IMG/VR virus record: IMGVR_UViG_3300030329_004457
Coordinates: 1 to 64,000 of that record
Source of the DNA: a virus
Strand: one strand, 5' to 3'
DNA length: 64,000 nucleotides
The position numbers and the translations under genes were made by a program. The notes under the pieces were generated by a model. It ran no database searches. It worked only from the letters and a program-made list of their open reading frames with translations, and was not told the DNA's origin. Positions 20,773 through 30,195 of the stretch are shown one piece after another (the stretch's first letter is position 1; the number at the start of each line of letters is the position of its first letter).

Positions 20773-21744
20773 TTACTCCTTAAATGAATCATACCTATTA
20801 CTTACAGTTAATTTATTTTCATGATACCACTCTATAACTTCTTGAATAGCTGTATCAAACTGTGTAAAGTCATTAAATCCTAAAGATAAAAGCCTATCAA
20901 CATTTAATACTCGTTTTGCGTCCCCAGACGGTTTGGTTACGTCCCACTCAATACTAGGTTTATTAATTGTATATTTAACCATAGTCTCAACTAATTCTTT
21001 AATAGATATGCCTTGTCCAGTACCAGCATTAACTGGTTTTGTAATTTCATTTTCAACTAAAAAACAACATATTTTCGCAACATCTTTTGCGTATATAAAA
21101 TCTCTAACCGCTTCTCCCGTTCCCCACACCGTCAGAGGAGACTCCCCTTCTTCAATCCGAGTAATAAGAGCAGGAATAACCATAGACGTTTCTTTATCAA
21201 AGTTGTCTTTTTTGCCAAATACATTAGCTGGTCGTATTATGCTGGTCCTATTCCAATCGTATTGTATTTTATAAGTTTCAGCTTGTAGCTCGCCCATTCT
21301 TTTCGCCCAGCCAGCATACCAATCATTTTTAGACGGAGGTAAGTCCCAGAGATTGTCTTCAGGAGATTCAAAATCGCCATAAACACCCACACTGCTTGTA
21401 AATAAATACCACCCCACATCGTTAAGTCTTGCCGCTTCCATCATATTGGTATCAAATTGTAACATTGGCACAAAAAAGCTAGCGGGCCTTTCTCTTGCCA
21501 TTACTGGAGATCCTTTAACGCCTATCATATTAAAAACGACATCCACACCTTTGCAAATTCGTTTACAGTTATCAAAATCTCTTAAGTCTGCTTTTTCATA
21601 TTCTACGTCTTGAGATAGTCGGCTTTTATCTTCAATAGAAACAACTTTAACATTAGCACCTTTAGCTACTAACTGGTTTACTACTTCATTACCAATCATT
21701 CCTGTACCACCAGTGACTAACACATTTTTATTTCTTAAAATCAT
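20773..21744 (-). CDS. NAD-dependent epimerase/reductase (GDP-fucose synthase-like)
   Basis: TGGTGMIG, YAGWAK, RPANVFG, WGTGEAVRDFIY. Confidence 0.87.
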   Translation of the reverse strand: MILRNKNVLVTGGTGMIGNEVVNQLVAKGANVKVVSIEDKSRLSQDVEYEKADLRDFDNCKRICKGVDVVFNMIGVKGSPVMARERPASFFVPMLQFDTNMMEAARLNDVGWYLFTSSVGVYGDFESPEDNLWDLPPSKNDWYAGWAKRMGELQAETYKIQYDWNRTSIIRPANVFGKKDNFDKETSMVIPALITRIEEGESPLTVWGTGEAVRDFIYAKDVAKICCFLVENEITKPVNAGTGQGISIKELVETMVKYTINKPSIEWDVTKPSGDAKRVLNVDRLLSLGFNDFTQFDTAIQEVIEWYHENKLTVSNRYDSFKE

Positions 21745-22319
21745 CTATATAAATCTCCATGTTCTATTAAAAGAGTAGACACTCCATCCTTACGATCTAG
21801 CGCAGTCTTATAAGCATCCAACACCTTGTGTGAGTGAATTAATTCTACCACATTAATATGTTCACATGAAGTTTTAAATGCTTGGGTAAAATTGGCTTTA
21901 TGTTGAAAGCCGGGATCAAGTGGATGGTCTGAGCCAACAACCGCTTTCATAATCACCTTAGGATTACTTTTACCACAAGACATATCTCCCCACTTGTCTA
22001 AATGATTGACAATTTGATTCATAGCTAAAATTATAAAATTCATTCGAGGATATAGCGAAACGGGAATATATCCTTCCAGAGCTAGTCCTAGCGCAAAACC
22101 AGCCTGCATTTCTTCTGCAACGGGTAGTTCTAGCTTTTTCTCTTCTGCAAAATCTTTAACCTGATGTGTCAGGGCTGTTCCTTTGTAAGTTACAGCTTGC
22201 CCAATGAATAGCGTGTGTTCATTGTTCCCTAGATATTGCATACCCTTATTGACTTCTTCGATGTATTTCATCTTATCCTTATTTCTTTTTCTTATAGTAT
22301 CCCTTTTAAAACTCCACAA
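21741..22319 (-). CDS. TPP-dependent enzyme, E1-beta/transketolase pyrimidine-binding domain
   Basis: ELPVAEEMQAGFALGLAL, MNQIVNHLDK, PGFQH; lacks the C-terminal domain. Confidence 0.8.
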   Translation of the reverse strand: MWSFKRDTIRKRNKDKMKYIEEVNKGMQYLGNNEHTLFIGQAVTYKGTALTHQVKDFAEEKKLELPVAEEMQAGFALGLALEGYIPVSLYPRMNFIILAMNQIVNHLDKWGDMSCGKSNPKVIMKAVVGSDHPLDPGFQHKANFTQAFKTSCEHINVVELIHSHKVLDAYKTALDRKDGVSTLLIEHGDLYR

Positions 22320-23043
22320 AAACCCCAGTCCCAGAATGTGGATAGCTAGTTTTATATTTGTAGTATTCCATCTCTACATTTGTGCATTTATATTTGCGTA
22401 GTATTTTACGTAAGCTTTCATAAAGATCTACAGTGTAAATTCCACAGGTCTCGAACGTATCAGTCCCTACTGATTTTCCATTATCTTCTACTATCCATGT
22501 TATTGGTAGGTCGTGACCTATTGAATATCGTACACACTCATTAACTATGCCGGTATGAAAGCTCATATCTCCTACAAAACAATATACTCTTGAATGTTTC
22601 TTTTGTATTAATAGCGCTTTAGCTACGCCGATAGCGATAGGAGCAATCCCTCCAACTATAGCAGAAGAATAAAATTTATATTCAGGATAATGTAATGTAA
22701 TAGATCTACCGTCTAAAATGTCTTCCTTTACCTTAGCTGCCGGAACCCCTTTTAATAAAGCGTGAAGATGGCTAGCCCATGTAGAAAATACATAATCTTC
22801 TTGACCAATAGATCTTTGAGAAATAGAAGAGTACAACTTTATTAATTCATCTTCGTTACCATTACGTAAGTGTATCGGTCCCTTAATTTTACCAGTTTCG
22901 TAAATTTGGGCTATATCTTTTTCAAAATCTATGAGCGTCTGTTTGTCCATTATATAGTCTTTCCTACAATTTCGCTTTGTAAATCCAATAAAGTTCCTGA
23001 TGACATATCTCTGTCGGACAGACATACTGGTGGTAGTTGCCAC
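22306..23043 (-). CDS. TPP-dependent enzyme, E1-alpha-like
   Basis: GPIHL..GNED, SSAIVGG, TPP motif GDMSF...EDNG; true start probably MDKQT at 22950. Confidence 0.85.
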   Translation of the reverse strand: MATTTSMSVRQRYVIRNFIGFTKRNCRKDYIMDKQTLIDFEKDIAQIYETGKIKGPIHLRNGNEDELIKLYSSISQRSIGQEDYVFSTWASHLHALLKGVPAAKVKEDILDGRSITLHYPEYKFYSSAIVGGIAPIAIGVAKALLIQKKHSRVYCFVGDMSFHTGIVNECVRYSIGHDLPITWIVEDNGKSVGTDTFETCGIYTVDLYESLRKILRKYKCTNVEMEYYKYKTSYPHSGTGVFVEF

Positions 23044-23459
23044 TTATGATCTATAGTTTTGTCGTTATACTGAACAGCCCATTGATCTTCAGGTGATGTG
23101 TAATATTCACTCCACTTATATAAAAATATACATGTGGACGACAAACATTGATGAGCGTTTAAATATTTTGGTGGAACCAATACTGTGGTTTGGTCTTGAC
23201 TATCGGCATCAAGTATCATTGAAGTTTTGACATTTTTTTGAACGTCATAAACTACAAAATCAATCTTGCCCATTAAACAAGTTACTAACTTATATGTTTT
23301 ATCATCTCCATGAAATCCTCTAATAACACCTCGATGAGATATAGAAATTTTATCCTGTACGAAATCTACATGAGAAATCAACTTCTTAGCATAAAGCGTA
23401 TATATTTCTCCACGTTTTTCTACGTGTTTTTTCCAAGTGTATTTATGAAGTTCAGACAT
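22950..23459 (-). CDS. dTDP-4-dehydrorhamnose 3,5-epimerase family (RmlC-like cupin)
   Basis: EKRG, FVQDKISISHRGVIRGFH, KLVTC, LSDRD. Confidence 0.88.
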   Translation of the reverse strand: MSELHKYTWKKHVEKRGEIYTLYAKKLISHVDFVQDKISISHRGVIRGFHGDDKTYKLVTCLMGKIDFVVYDVQKNVKTSMILDADSQDQTTVLVPPKYLNAHQCLSSTCIFLYKWSEYYTSPEDQWAVQYNDKTIDHKWQLPPVCLSDRDMSSGTLLDLQSEIVGKTI

Positions 23460-23472
23460 GATTTTTTATCTA

Positions 23473-24462
23473 TTATACTACCGTACTATCTAATTTAGAA
23501 TAATCAAATTCTTGTTTCTGTAAAAATAAATTGTCTTTTATCCATTTTTTAAGATCGTTATTCGTACAAAAATCATTCTCATCATAGCGGTCTGGCTTAT
23601 GTAACATTATACCTCGCCATTCTTCATATCCGAACCCTAGATTGTGTCCTTCTTCCGTTAAAAGTCTTTGATGTACGGAAGGAATTCCAAAAGCATGATT
23701 AGACGTTGGTAAGTTAGACCGTAAAACATACTGTTCAGGAGAAAAGCCCGCAGATCTACCATCCATACTGGTTTCATGATGAACGATAATATCTTTAATA
23801 ATACCCCATCGTGTCTGTAGTGCGGCGCATAAGAATGAAAATGTAGATTCTGTACAAAACGAAGCAAATATATCTGGAATTGCCCTTCCATAGTAATCAA
23901 CTAGATCTTTAGAAAAGGACTGACAGTGTAAGTTAGTAGCTTTGCCTATAGGCATATTAAATATCGCATCTTTAATGCTATCGTTTGTTGGATCAATACC
24001 CCATTCTTTATGATTTTCATCACTATCACATGTAATGGAGACCATCGAATATGCTTTGTCTGTTATGTGCTGATGCATCAAGTCTAAACAATTCGAGCTA
24101 TCTAATCTAACTCCTGAGTCAATATAAACAAAAGACTCGTAATCGTTATTAAATATAAAAGGGGCACTAAGAACTGCGTTGTTAAATGTTACATTCACTG
24201 GAACTGTGTCTGCAACTTCTACAACCTTATATTTTTGTGACGATAATATTTCGATAACATGTTTAGAACTTTTACAAGACGATACTAAAATATCGTATTC
24301 ACTATCTAACATCTCCTGATTTCTAATAGAAGCCAAAGATTGTAAATAGTAATTTATATCTTGATAGCCATTAATTCCACAAATGTTATAGACAACTAAA
24401 CATTTCTTCATACATTCTCCTGTAATGCTTGTATTTCCTCCGAAATATCTTCTTTCCAACAA
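23473..24462 (-). CDS. Putative GT-A glycosyltransferase
   Basis: FVYIDSG (DxD-like); cluster context. Confidence 0.55.
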   Translation of the reverse strand: MLERRYFGGNTSITGECMKKCLVVYNICGINGYQDINYYLQSLASIRNQEMLDSEYDILVSSCKSSKHVIEILSSQKYKVVEVADTVPVNVTFNNAVLSAPFIFNNDYESFVYIDSGVRLDSSNCLDLMHQHITDKAYSMVSITCDSDENHKEWGIDPTNDSIKDAIFNMPIGKATNLHCQSFSKDLVDYYGRAIPDIFASFCTESTFSFLCAALQTRWGIIKDIIVHHETSMDGRSAGFSPEQYVLRSNLPTSNHAFGIPSVHQRLLTEEGHNLGFGYEEWRGIMLHKPDRYDENDFCTNNDLKKWIKDNLFLQKQEFDYSKLDSTVV

Positions 24463-25103
24463 TCAACAAAGTCGCTAAATGTTAATTTAATTGCTGCTTG
24501 TGCGGTTTTATCTTTATGCATTAACTGTAGATTTTGTATATTATTATGCATAACATGATCTAACGCGATAGGAGCCATAACAACTTTTCCTATTGCGTTA
24601 AATATTCTCCACAAATGAACATCTCCCCCATGAGAAACAAACTTTTCCGACATAAAAAATCCAAGAGATTCGTATGCCTTTCTCGTTAATATCGGAAAAG
24701 ACGGGTATCGTATACTATGTGTTTTATCAATACTGCTATCTTGAGTTCCAATGTAATATATTTCGTTTTTAAGGTCGGAATATAAGCTTAATAGCTTTTT
24801 ATCCCACTGTGGAGTTAGGAATACAACATCATCATTCAATACAAACAGAAAGTCCCCACTGCACTGATTGGCCATGTTGTTTATGCTAGAGTGTAGATTT
24901 GAGGGCTTTGTAGAAATTAAGACCCGAAGATTGGGAATGTCCTTATATGATTGCAGAAAGCTAATAGTTTCAGCATCATCGTCATCCGCAGTTATTAACA
25001 GTTCAATATTGTTAATAGCAAAGGTCGTATCAACAATAGAGTCTAGTAGATCCTTTAACAGACCAACTCTATTTCGTGTATTTAAAAATAAAGATATGTC
25101 CAC
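24408..25103 (-). CDS. GT2-like glycosyltransferase
   Basis: ISLFLNTRNR, ADDDD, FVLNDDV, GGDVHL. Confidence 0.75.
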   Translation of the reverse strand: MDISLFLNTRNRVGLLKDLLDSIVDTTFAINNIELLITADDDDAETISFLQSYKDIPNLRVLISTKPSNLHSSINNMANQCSGDFLFVLNDDVVFLTPQWDKKLLSLYSDLKNEIYYIGTQDSSIDKTHSIRYPSFPILTRKAYESLGFFMSEKFVSHGGDVHLWRIFNAIGKVVMAPIALDHVMHNNIQNLQLMHKDKTAQAAIKLTFSDFVDCWKEDISEEIQALQENV

Positions 25104-25131
25104 TTAATCTTGTTCCATTTCCTTATATCAG

Positions 25132-25938
25132 CTATTCCAACCAATAGCTTCCTGTAACTCCTACGACTAATATTTCATATGACAATCTTGGTAAATTACC
25201 ACTCCAAGGATTAACCGCCGGTTCTCCTTTAGCGTCTACATGTCCACTAAAATCATTCCATATCTGATAATAAACAGGCTCTCCGCTAGTTCCGCTATTT
25301 AAACCCCCAGAGCCAGAAATATTACTAAAGTTTTCAGTTGTTATACTTACAACATGCTCATACTTAGGAGCAGAAGTATTATATATTGGAGTCCTACCTA
25401 TCGTATCAGTAAAAGACCACGTACCTTGTGGATTTAGCGATATATTCCCTGATTCTCCGTTAAACAGACTGGTAAATCCTCCACTGACTGCCGAGGAACT
25501 TCCTGTAGCATGTATATTCAGGCGTGGCAATTGGTCGCTGGATAGTCCTGTTGTATTAGGCAAGACAATCCCACTCCACTGGGAAATGTTGTCGGCGCCA
25601 GTAGGTAGAAGACTACTATTCCAAGAGTTAGTGATTATTATGGCTTTAATTCCTCTTTCGGGATTGATAGTGCCCGAAGGAGAGGAAAAGTCTAATGGGA
25701 CTTCTGAGCCCCAAACCTGCTTGGAAAATTGTTGAAAATCAAAATGAATTGTTTCTCCTGAAGATATATAGCCAGTTTGTACAGCGCCTATGTTGATATG
25801 TCCAGTACCAGTACCATCGTTAAATGCAAGACTAGTATATCCTATACTGGTACTTTCAGTAGTAGTTGCAAAACCTTCGCTATTAACAAGCGTATAGTCT
25901 ATATTCAGCGAGGGTGTGGACGTTGCAGTAATAGCCAT
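25132..25938 (-). CDS. Hypothetical Ser/Gly/Thr-rich protein, possibly structural
   Basis: 268-aa ORF; composition only. Confidence 0.5.
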   Translation of the reverse strand: MAITATSTPSLNIDYTLVNSEGFATTTESTSIGYTSLAFNDGTGTGHINIGAVQTGYISSGETIHFDFQQFSKQVWGSEVPLDFSSPSGTINPERGIKAIIITNSWNSSLLPTGADNISQWSGIVLPNTTGLSSDQLPRLNIHATGSSSAVSGGFTSLFNGESGNISLNPQGTWSFTDTIGRTPIYNTSAPKYEHVVSITTENFSNISGSGGLNSGTSGEPVYYQIWNDFSGHVDAKGEPAVNPWSGNLPRLSYEILVVGVTGSYWLE

Positions 25939-25949
25939 TTAATCTCTCC

Positions 25950-26384
25950 TCAGTGTCGTTGATACTTGTCTTTATATTTAATTTTAATAATTCTATGGGC
26001 GCGCTGATGTATATTCAAGTCTTGTAGATATCCATCTTTACCCATATATACAAACTCATAGTAATTTCCACGCGAAGCAATGCTCCAAGCATGTATACCG
26101 TGATCTGCTATTTCTTTTACCCTATATTTACCTTTAGCACCCATAAAAATCCTATCGCCTTTTACGCCTTCACCACAGTCTCGTGTTAATACATAGTAAG
26201 GGCCTGTTCCATTAACTACTCTAAAAGCTTCTCCCGGCTGAAGACTTTTCCAGTCTTTAATTTCATTTTTAATGGGTGTATTTTTTAATGTAAATTCGTG
26301 TTTACATTCAATACAAATTCTCTGTCGCGCAGCATTAATGGCTTGACACTTCTTGCAACGTTTTTGTCCACGCTTTAATTTCAT
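25950..26384 (-). CDS. Zn-ribbon-containing hypothetical protein
   Basis: CKKC..CIEC at the N-terminus. Confidence 0.6.
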   Translation of the reverse strand: MKLKRGQKRCKKCQAINAARQRICIECKHEFTLKNTPIKNEIKDWKSLQPGEAFRVVNGTGPYYVLTRDCGEGVKGDRIFMGAKGKYRVKEIADHGIHAWSIASRGNYYEFVYMGKDGYLQDLNIHQRAHRIIKIKYKDKYQRH

Positions 26385-26672
26385 TACTAGTTCCTTTATA
26401 AGGACAATGTAGTGTGTGTTGTTGTAATTTGTGTTCGAGAGTTTTTGGATCTAGCTTATTATATTCTCCATTCTTCCAACACTTCCATCCGCTTTCATCA
26501 TACGTCATACATTTACATGCAAAAGCCACATGAATGCTATCTTGATTAATTTGCACAACCTGTGCAATAGACCAAGGATATCAGTCAAAAGGCTCATTTC
26601 CCGGCAGAGGAACATCGGTTCTTTGTACCCAGTCATTAATTTCGACCATTTAATTATACCTTCTTTTTGTAT

Positions 26673-27014
26673 TTAAAAGTTAAAGAAAAAGCCAAAGTCG
26701 CCATTACCATTATAATAGCCACCATACGGCAGATACGGTTGTGGTGGTACGGGCGCATAATACGGACGATAGTATCCTCCATATGGATATGGGTATACAG
26801 GAGGTGCCCACATACCAAATCCCCAATTTGGACGACGGCGACGACCATGACGATGACCTCCGCGATGTCTATGTCTATTCCCTTCCTTTTGGCGATGTGC
26901 TTCGCCACCAGATCTTCCAGAGCCTTTACCTTTATCTTCACCATTAGCCATTGCAAATGATGAAGCAAAACCCATAACTATTAATAGGACGATAGGAAGG
27001 ATAAGTCGCTTCAT
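26673..27014 (-). CDS. Secreted low-complexity (H/R then Y/P/G-rich) protein
   Basis: Signal peptide MKRLILPIVLL..AMA; GAGG SD. Confidence 0.6.
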   Translation of the reverse strand: MKRLILPIVLLIVMGFASSFAMANGEDKGKGSGRSGGEAHRQKEGNRHRHRGGHRHGRRRRPNWGFGMWAPPVYPYPYGGYYRPYYAPVPPQPYLPYGGYYNGNGDFGFFFNF

Positions 27015-27027
27015 GACACTACCTCAT

Positions 27028-27360
27028 TTAAAAAAGATTAATACCAAAGTCTAAGCCGTGAGATCTAAAAACACCAAAATTAAGCCCGAAGTCTGTGCCA
27101 AGTCCGCGACCATTAGGATTTGGAGAAAAACGTATATAGGGTATCAGATGGGGAGTTATTCTTTCTCTGTTTTCCCCATGATAAAAAGGCATTGTCTGAA
27201 TAGGTTGAATAGACGGTAATGCGTTCGGATGGGCAGGCAAAATAGGATAAGGAACTATCGTTCTTTGCTCAATTTTTTCTAATACGTTACTATGATCGGC
27301 TATTGCCATTTTGCAATTCAGCAATACTAAACAGATTATAATTAATATATACTTTTTCAT
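27028..27360 (-). CDS. Secreted hypothetical protein
   Basis: Signal peptide; ends DFGINLF, similar to the neighbour's DFGFFFNF. Confidence 0.55.
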   Translation of the reverse strand: MKKYILIIICLVLLNCKMAIADHSNVLEKIEQRTIVPYPILPAHPNALPSIQPIQTMPFYHGENRERITPHLIPYIRFSPNPNGRGLGTDFGLNFGVFRSHGLDFGINLF

Positions 27361-27623
27361 TTTTCTACACCTTCTTCTACAGGAGTAGCCTCATTGGCTC
27401 CACGCAGTAAAAGTCGTAACTTATTACGTAGATTACCAAGGGGCCGTATGTTATTCAAATTGCCTTTTATGTCTTGTAGAAGTGTACAAATCGGCCTACA
27501 TGTGTCCGTGACTATAACAGTCTTTGTAACAATCGATTTTTCTGGTTTGATTTCAGTACCATGCACGCCATATCCAACCAACATACTTAACATAAACACC
27601 AATACCATAATTCCACTTTTCAT
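27357..27623 (-). CDS. Secreted hypothetical protein
   Basis: Hydrophobic N-terminus; AGGAG SD. Confidence 0.55.
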   Translation of the reverse strand: MKSGIMVLVFMLSMLVGYGVHGTEIKPEKSIVTKTVIVTDTCRPICTLLQDIKGNLNNIRPLGNLRNKLRLLLRGANEATPVEEGVEK

Positions 27624-27674
27624 TTGAAACGCTCCTTTGTCTAATACATTATTAATAGTAAGTTATATTATTTC

Positions 27675-27887
27675 CTATCTCCATTCTGTACGTTGTTCGT
27701 CTGATTGAACGGAGGACGGATCAGAATTATTCATTTTTCTATACAGTTTATTTAACTTTTTGTTTAATTTAGCTTTCTTTCTTAGTAGTTCTGTTTGATC
27801 TTTCTGACTAACAGCAATATCTAGTGCTGCTTCGATATTAAAAAGGCTATCTTCCATATTGTGGATTTGTTTTCCAATACTATTCAT
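27675..27887 (-). CDS. Hypothetical protein
   Basis: 70-aa ORF in operon. Confidence 0.5.
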   Translation of the reverse strand: MNSIGKQIHNMEDSLFNIEAALDIAVSQKDQTELLRKKAKLNKKLNKLYRKMNNSDPSSVQSDEQRTEWR

Positions 27888-28182
27888 AAGGCCACACTTT
27901 CGCTAGAGACTCATTAATTCCTTCAATATTTACCAGCCAACGTCCATATTTTCCAGTTTTGGTTGTTTGGATTTTCACATAATCCTCCTCATCTTTTTTT
28001 TCATTAAGTAAATTAGTTAAAACCGATGTAGCTTTTGCCCAATCTTCATGACCTCGTTCTGGAGTATCCACACCTAGAAGTCTGGTACGTATACGAATAT
28101 TAATACGAAAGCCAAGATCAACATCAAAATCTACAGTATCTCCATCGACTATTTTAATTACTTTAGCTCGATATTCGTGCAT
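27880..28182 (-). CDS. Thermonuclease (SNase-like)
   Basis: KIVDGDT, RLLGVDTPE, GKYGRWL. Confidence 0.9.
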   Translation of the reverse strand: MHEYRAKVIKIVDGDTVDFDVDLGFRINIRIRTRLLGVDTPERGHEDWAKATSVLTNLLNEKKDEEDYVKIQTTKTGKYGRWLVNIEGINESLAKVWPYE

Positions 28183-28702
28183 TAGACCACCAATCAGGAC
28201 TATTCCTATTCCGCCAACTGGCTAGGTGTGATTTTTCATTAATATAATAGTTGCGATATGCTAAGACCGGATCATCCATTTTACAATAGGATGGTATTGC
28301 TTGCACAAAAGTAGTGCGCCCTTTATTGGCTATTCTTTTGGGTATTCGTTGCAAACAATCTTCAATAATCCTTTCGCATTTGTGTTCTTTTCCATAACGA
28401 TATGTGTATTCTTTACATAGCTCTATACCTAATATACACAGCCATACGTAATTCTCTGCACTTTCAGCAGCCCATTGACAACAGGGATGATGTTCATGTG
28501 TCGATTTATACGGAGCAGTTAGGTCTCCATATTGTCTACGTACCGTGCATAGAATTTGGGCTGTTTCTAGAGGCATTTTGACAATATGCTTGTCCATATG
28601 CCATTTAGCGGCCTCTTTAGGGTCTTTAGATAATACAAAAATATTCAAATACAAACCCTCCCTTTGGATGTCTTGACTATGTAGCTGTTTTGGAGCAACC
28701 AC
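28163..28702 (-). CDS. Pyrimidine-dimer DNA glycosylase / endonuclease V-like protein
   Basis: NIFVL..DP..AA..HMDKHIVKMPLETAQIL, HHPC..W, EYTYRYGKEH, AYRNYY; true start probably near 28648. Confidence 0.75.
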   Translation of the reverse strand: MVAPKQLHSQDIQREGLYLNIFVLSKDPKEAAKWHMDKHIVKMPLETAQILCTVRRQYGDLTAPYKSTHEHHPCCQWAAESAENYVWLCILGIELCKEYTYRYGKEHKCERIIEDCLQRIPKRIANKGRTTFVQAIPSYCKMDDPVLAYRNYYINEKSHLASWRNRNSPDWWSNARISS

Positions 28703-29562
28703 GGTTCAATTATACTCTCAATAGTCTGTTTGTCAATCCCCGTAATGCAACATAGTGTTTCAATACCTAACGGCTGGTCGCTATTTTTTAAAACTTTTAA
28801 ATATTTTCGATCCATCGCGGTCATACCTTGAGAGTCTATGCCTTTCAGGCCCATAGCTGCCTCGACATTGCCCTCTGTGAGCGTTTCAATACCCTCTGCG
28901 AGTTGATAGTCCCGTAACCATTCGAGGGCCGCATTGGCGATTCTCGGCGTTCCTCTTGAAACTTTTGTTACAAAATTAGATGCCTGAGGGGACATTTTAA
29001 GATTTAATTTTTTAGAATTAATATTAATAATCTCTTGTAGCTCTACCTTATTATATAGCTTAAGGGTATGTTTATGTTGAAATCTATCAATTAAGGGCTT
29101 AGAAAGTGAACCATATTCTGTAGTAGCTCCCATTAAAGTGAAGCGAGGGATGTCGATACTAAGGGTTTCTCCCATCATTTCTTTACTGGACATGGACATA
29201 TCAACTTTAAAGTCCTCCATGACTGGATATAGAAATTCTTCTACAATATTAGTCATCCGATGAATTTCGTCTATAAATAAAATAGAATGTTCTTCTACCC
29301 TCATGATATAAGGAAGAAGATTCTTAATACTTCTTAGATTAGCTCCATTAGCAACCTGAAGGGAAGAGCCCATCTCGTTAGAGATCGCATTAGCCAGAGT
29401 CGTTTTACCTGTACCGGGAGGGCCGTAAAATAATGTATGCGCTAGACAGTCCTGTCTGGCTTGTGCGCTTTTAATACTAATGTTTAATACTTTTACAACG
29501 TCTTTTTGTCCAAGGATATCTGACAGCGTGTTAGGTCGTAGCTGGTTCATGCTTTTTATCAA
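28645..29562 (-). CDS. ruvB: Holliday junction branch migration motor RuvB
   Basis: LRP..L..ILGQ, LFYGPPGTGKTTLA, LFIDEIHR, EEFLYPVMEDF, FTLMGATT, SRGTPRIAN, IEPWLLQ. Confidence 0.95.
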   Translation of the reverse strand: MIKSMNQLRPNTLSDILGQKDVVKVLNISIKSAQARQDCLAHTLFYGPPGTGKTTLANAISNEMGSSLQVANGANLRSIKNLLPYIMRVEEHSILFIDEIHRMTNIVEEFLYPVMEDFKVDMSMSSKEMMGETLSIDIPRFTLMGATTEYGSLSKPLIDRFQHKHTLKLYNKVELQEIININSKKLNLKMSPQASNFVTKVSRGTPRIANAALEWLRDYQLAEGIETLTEGNVEAAMGLKGIDSQGMTAMDRKYLKVLKNSDQPLGIETLCCITGIDKQTIESIIEPWLLQNSYIVKTSKGRVCI

Positions 29563-29929
29563 TCCTAGAAAGAACTTCTTTAACTATGGTTTCGATAGCC
29601 ATACCGTCTGTTTCTAAGTTCTTTAATACATTATCAATCTCCTTTGAAGCAAATCCGTATGATTGAATAATCTTTTTAGCATCTTGTTTGCCATATTCTA
29701 ACAAATCCGAAACCACCTTTTCTGTGGATTTTTTGATCTTAGGAGTTTTCTTGTACTTAATTTTAATAGAAACTGGCTTAATCTCTAAGGGAATTTGACA
29801 ATTTTCACACACCTGATATGTCGATCCCTCTGTGGGAATAGAATAATTAGAAAGCTGAAATAGATAATCACATTTAGGACATCCCAATGTTATATCTAAA
29901 TTATACTCGACTAATTGTGCTTTATCCAT
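29531..29929 (-). CDS. Zn-ribbon fused to a RuvA C-terminal (domain III)-like helical domain
   Basis: CPKC..CENC; C-terminal DAKKIIQSYGFASKEIDNVL..IETIVKEVL resembles RuvA domain III; directly upstream of ruvB. Confidence 0.6.
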   Translation of the reverse strand: MDKAQLVEYNLDITLGCPKCDYLFQLSNYSIPTEGSTYQVCENCQIPLEIKPVSIKIKYKKTPKIKKSTEKVVSDLLEYGKQDAKKIIQSYGFASKEIDNVLKNLETDGMAIETIVKEVLSRIDKKHEPATT

Positions 29930-29949
29930 TTAATTTCTCCATATAAAAA

Positions 29950-30195
29950 TGATGTTTTTGGTCATTCTCCCTACTCACTCAAGAAACATCAAAAACTTGG
30001 TTTTTAATGTAGGAAGACGGTTTGACTGTGCTTGTTACTCACGTAAGACCGTTTACTTAGTTTTAATATAACAAGAGAGGTTTGGGACTACACTCCACTC
30101 AGTCAAGACCTCAAACTTGCTTTTTGTTGTGGAGAGGTGTAATTTGTGTAATCACCTACCCAGCCAAGATTACGAACTTGCTTTTGTTGTAGGAG
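29950..30195 (-). ncRNA. Structured RNA array, units 1-4 (~60-nt pseudoknot repeats)
   Basis: Units at 29950-30016, 30017-30075, 30077-30134, 30139-30195; three covarying helices; the last unit overlaps the TnpB-like stop codon. Confidence 0.8.

Noticed and set aside
26654-26968. Extra overlapping ORFs in several frames
   Set aside because: Artefact of a low-complexity, stop-poor region; 26673-27014 has the SD and signal peptide.
29950-30195. TIGR array or type III toxin-antitoxin repeats
   Set aside because: No Nop-domain or ToxN-like protein recognised. Unit size and three-helix covariation differ from ~36-nt tigRNA or near-identical ToxI repeats.
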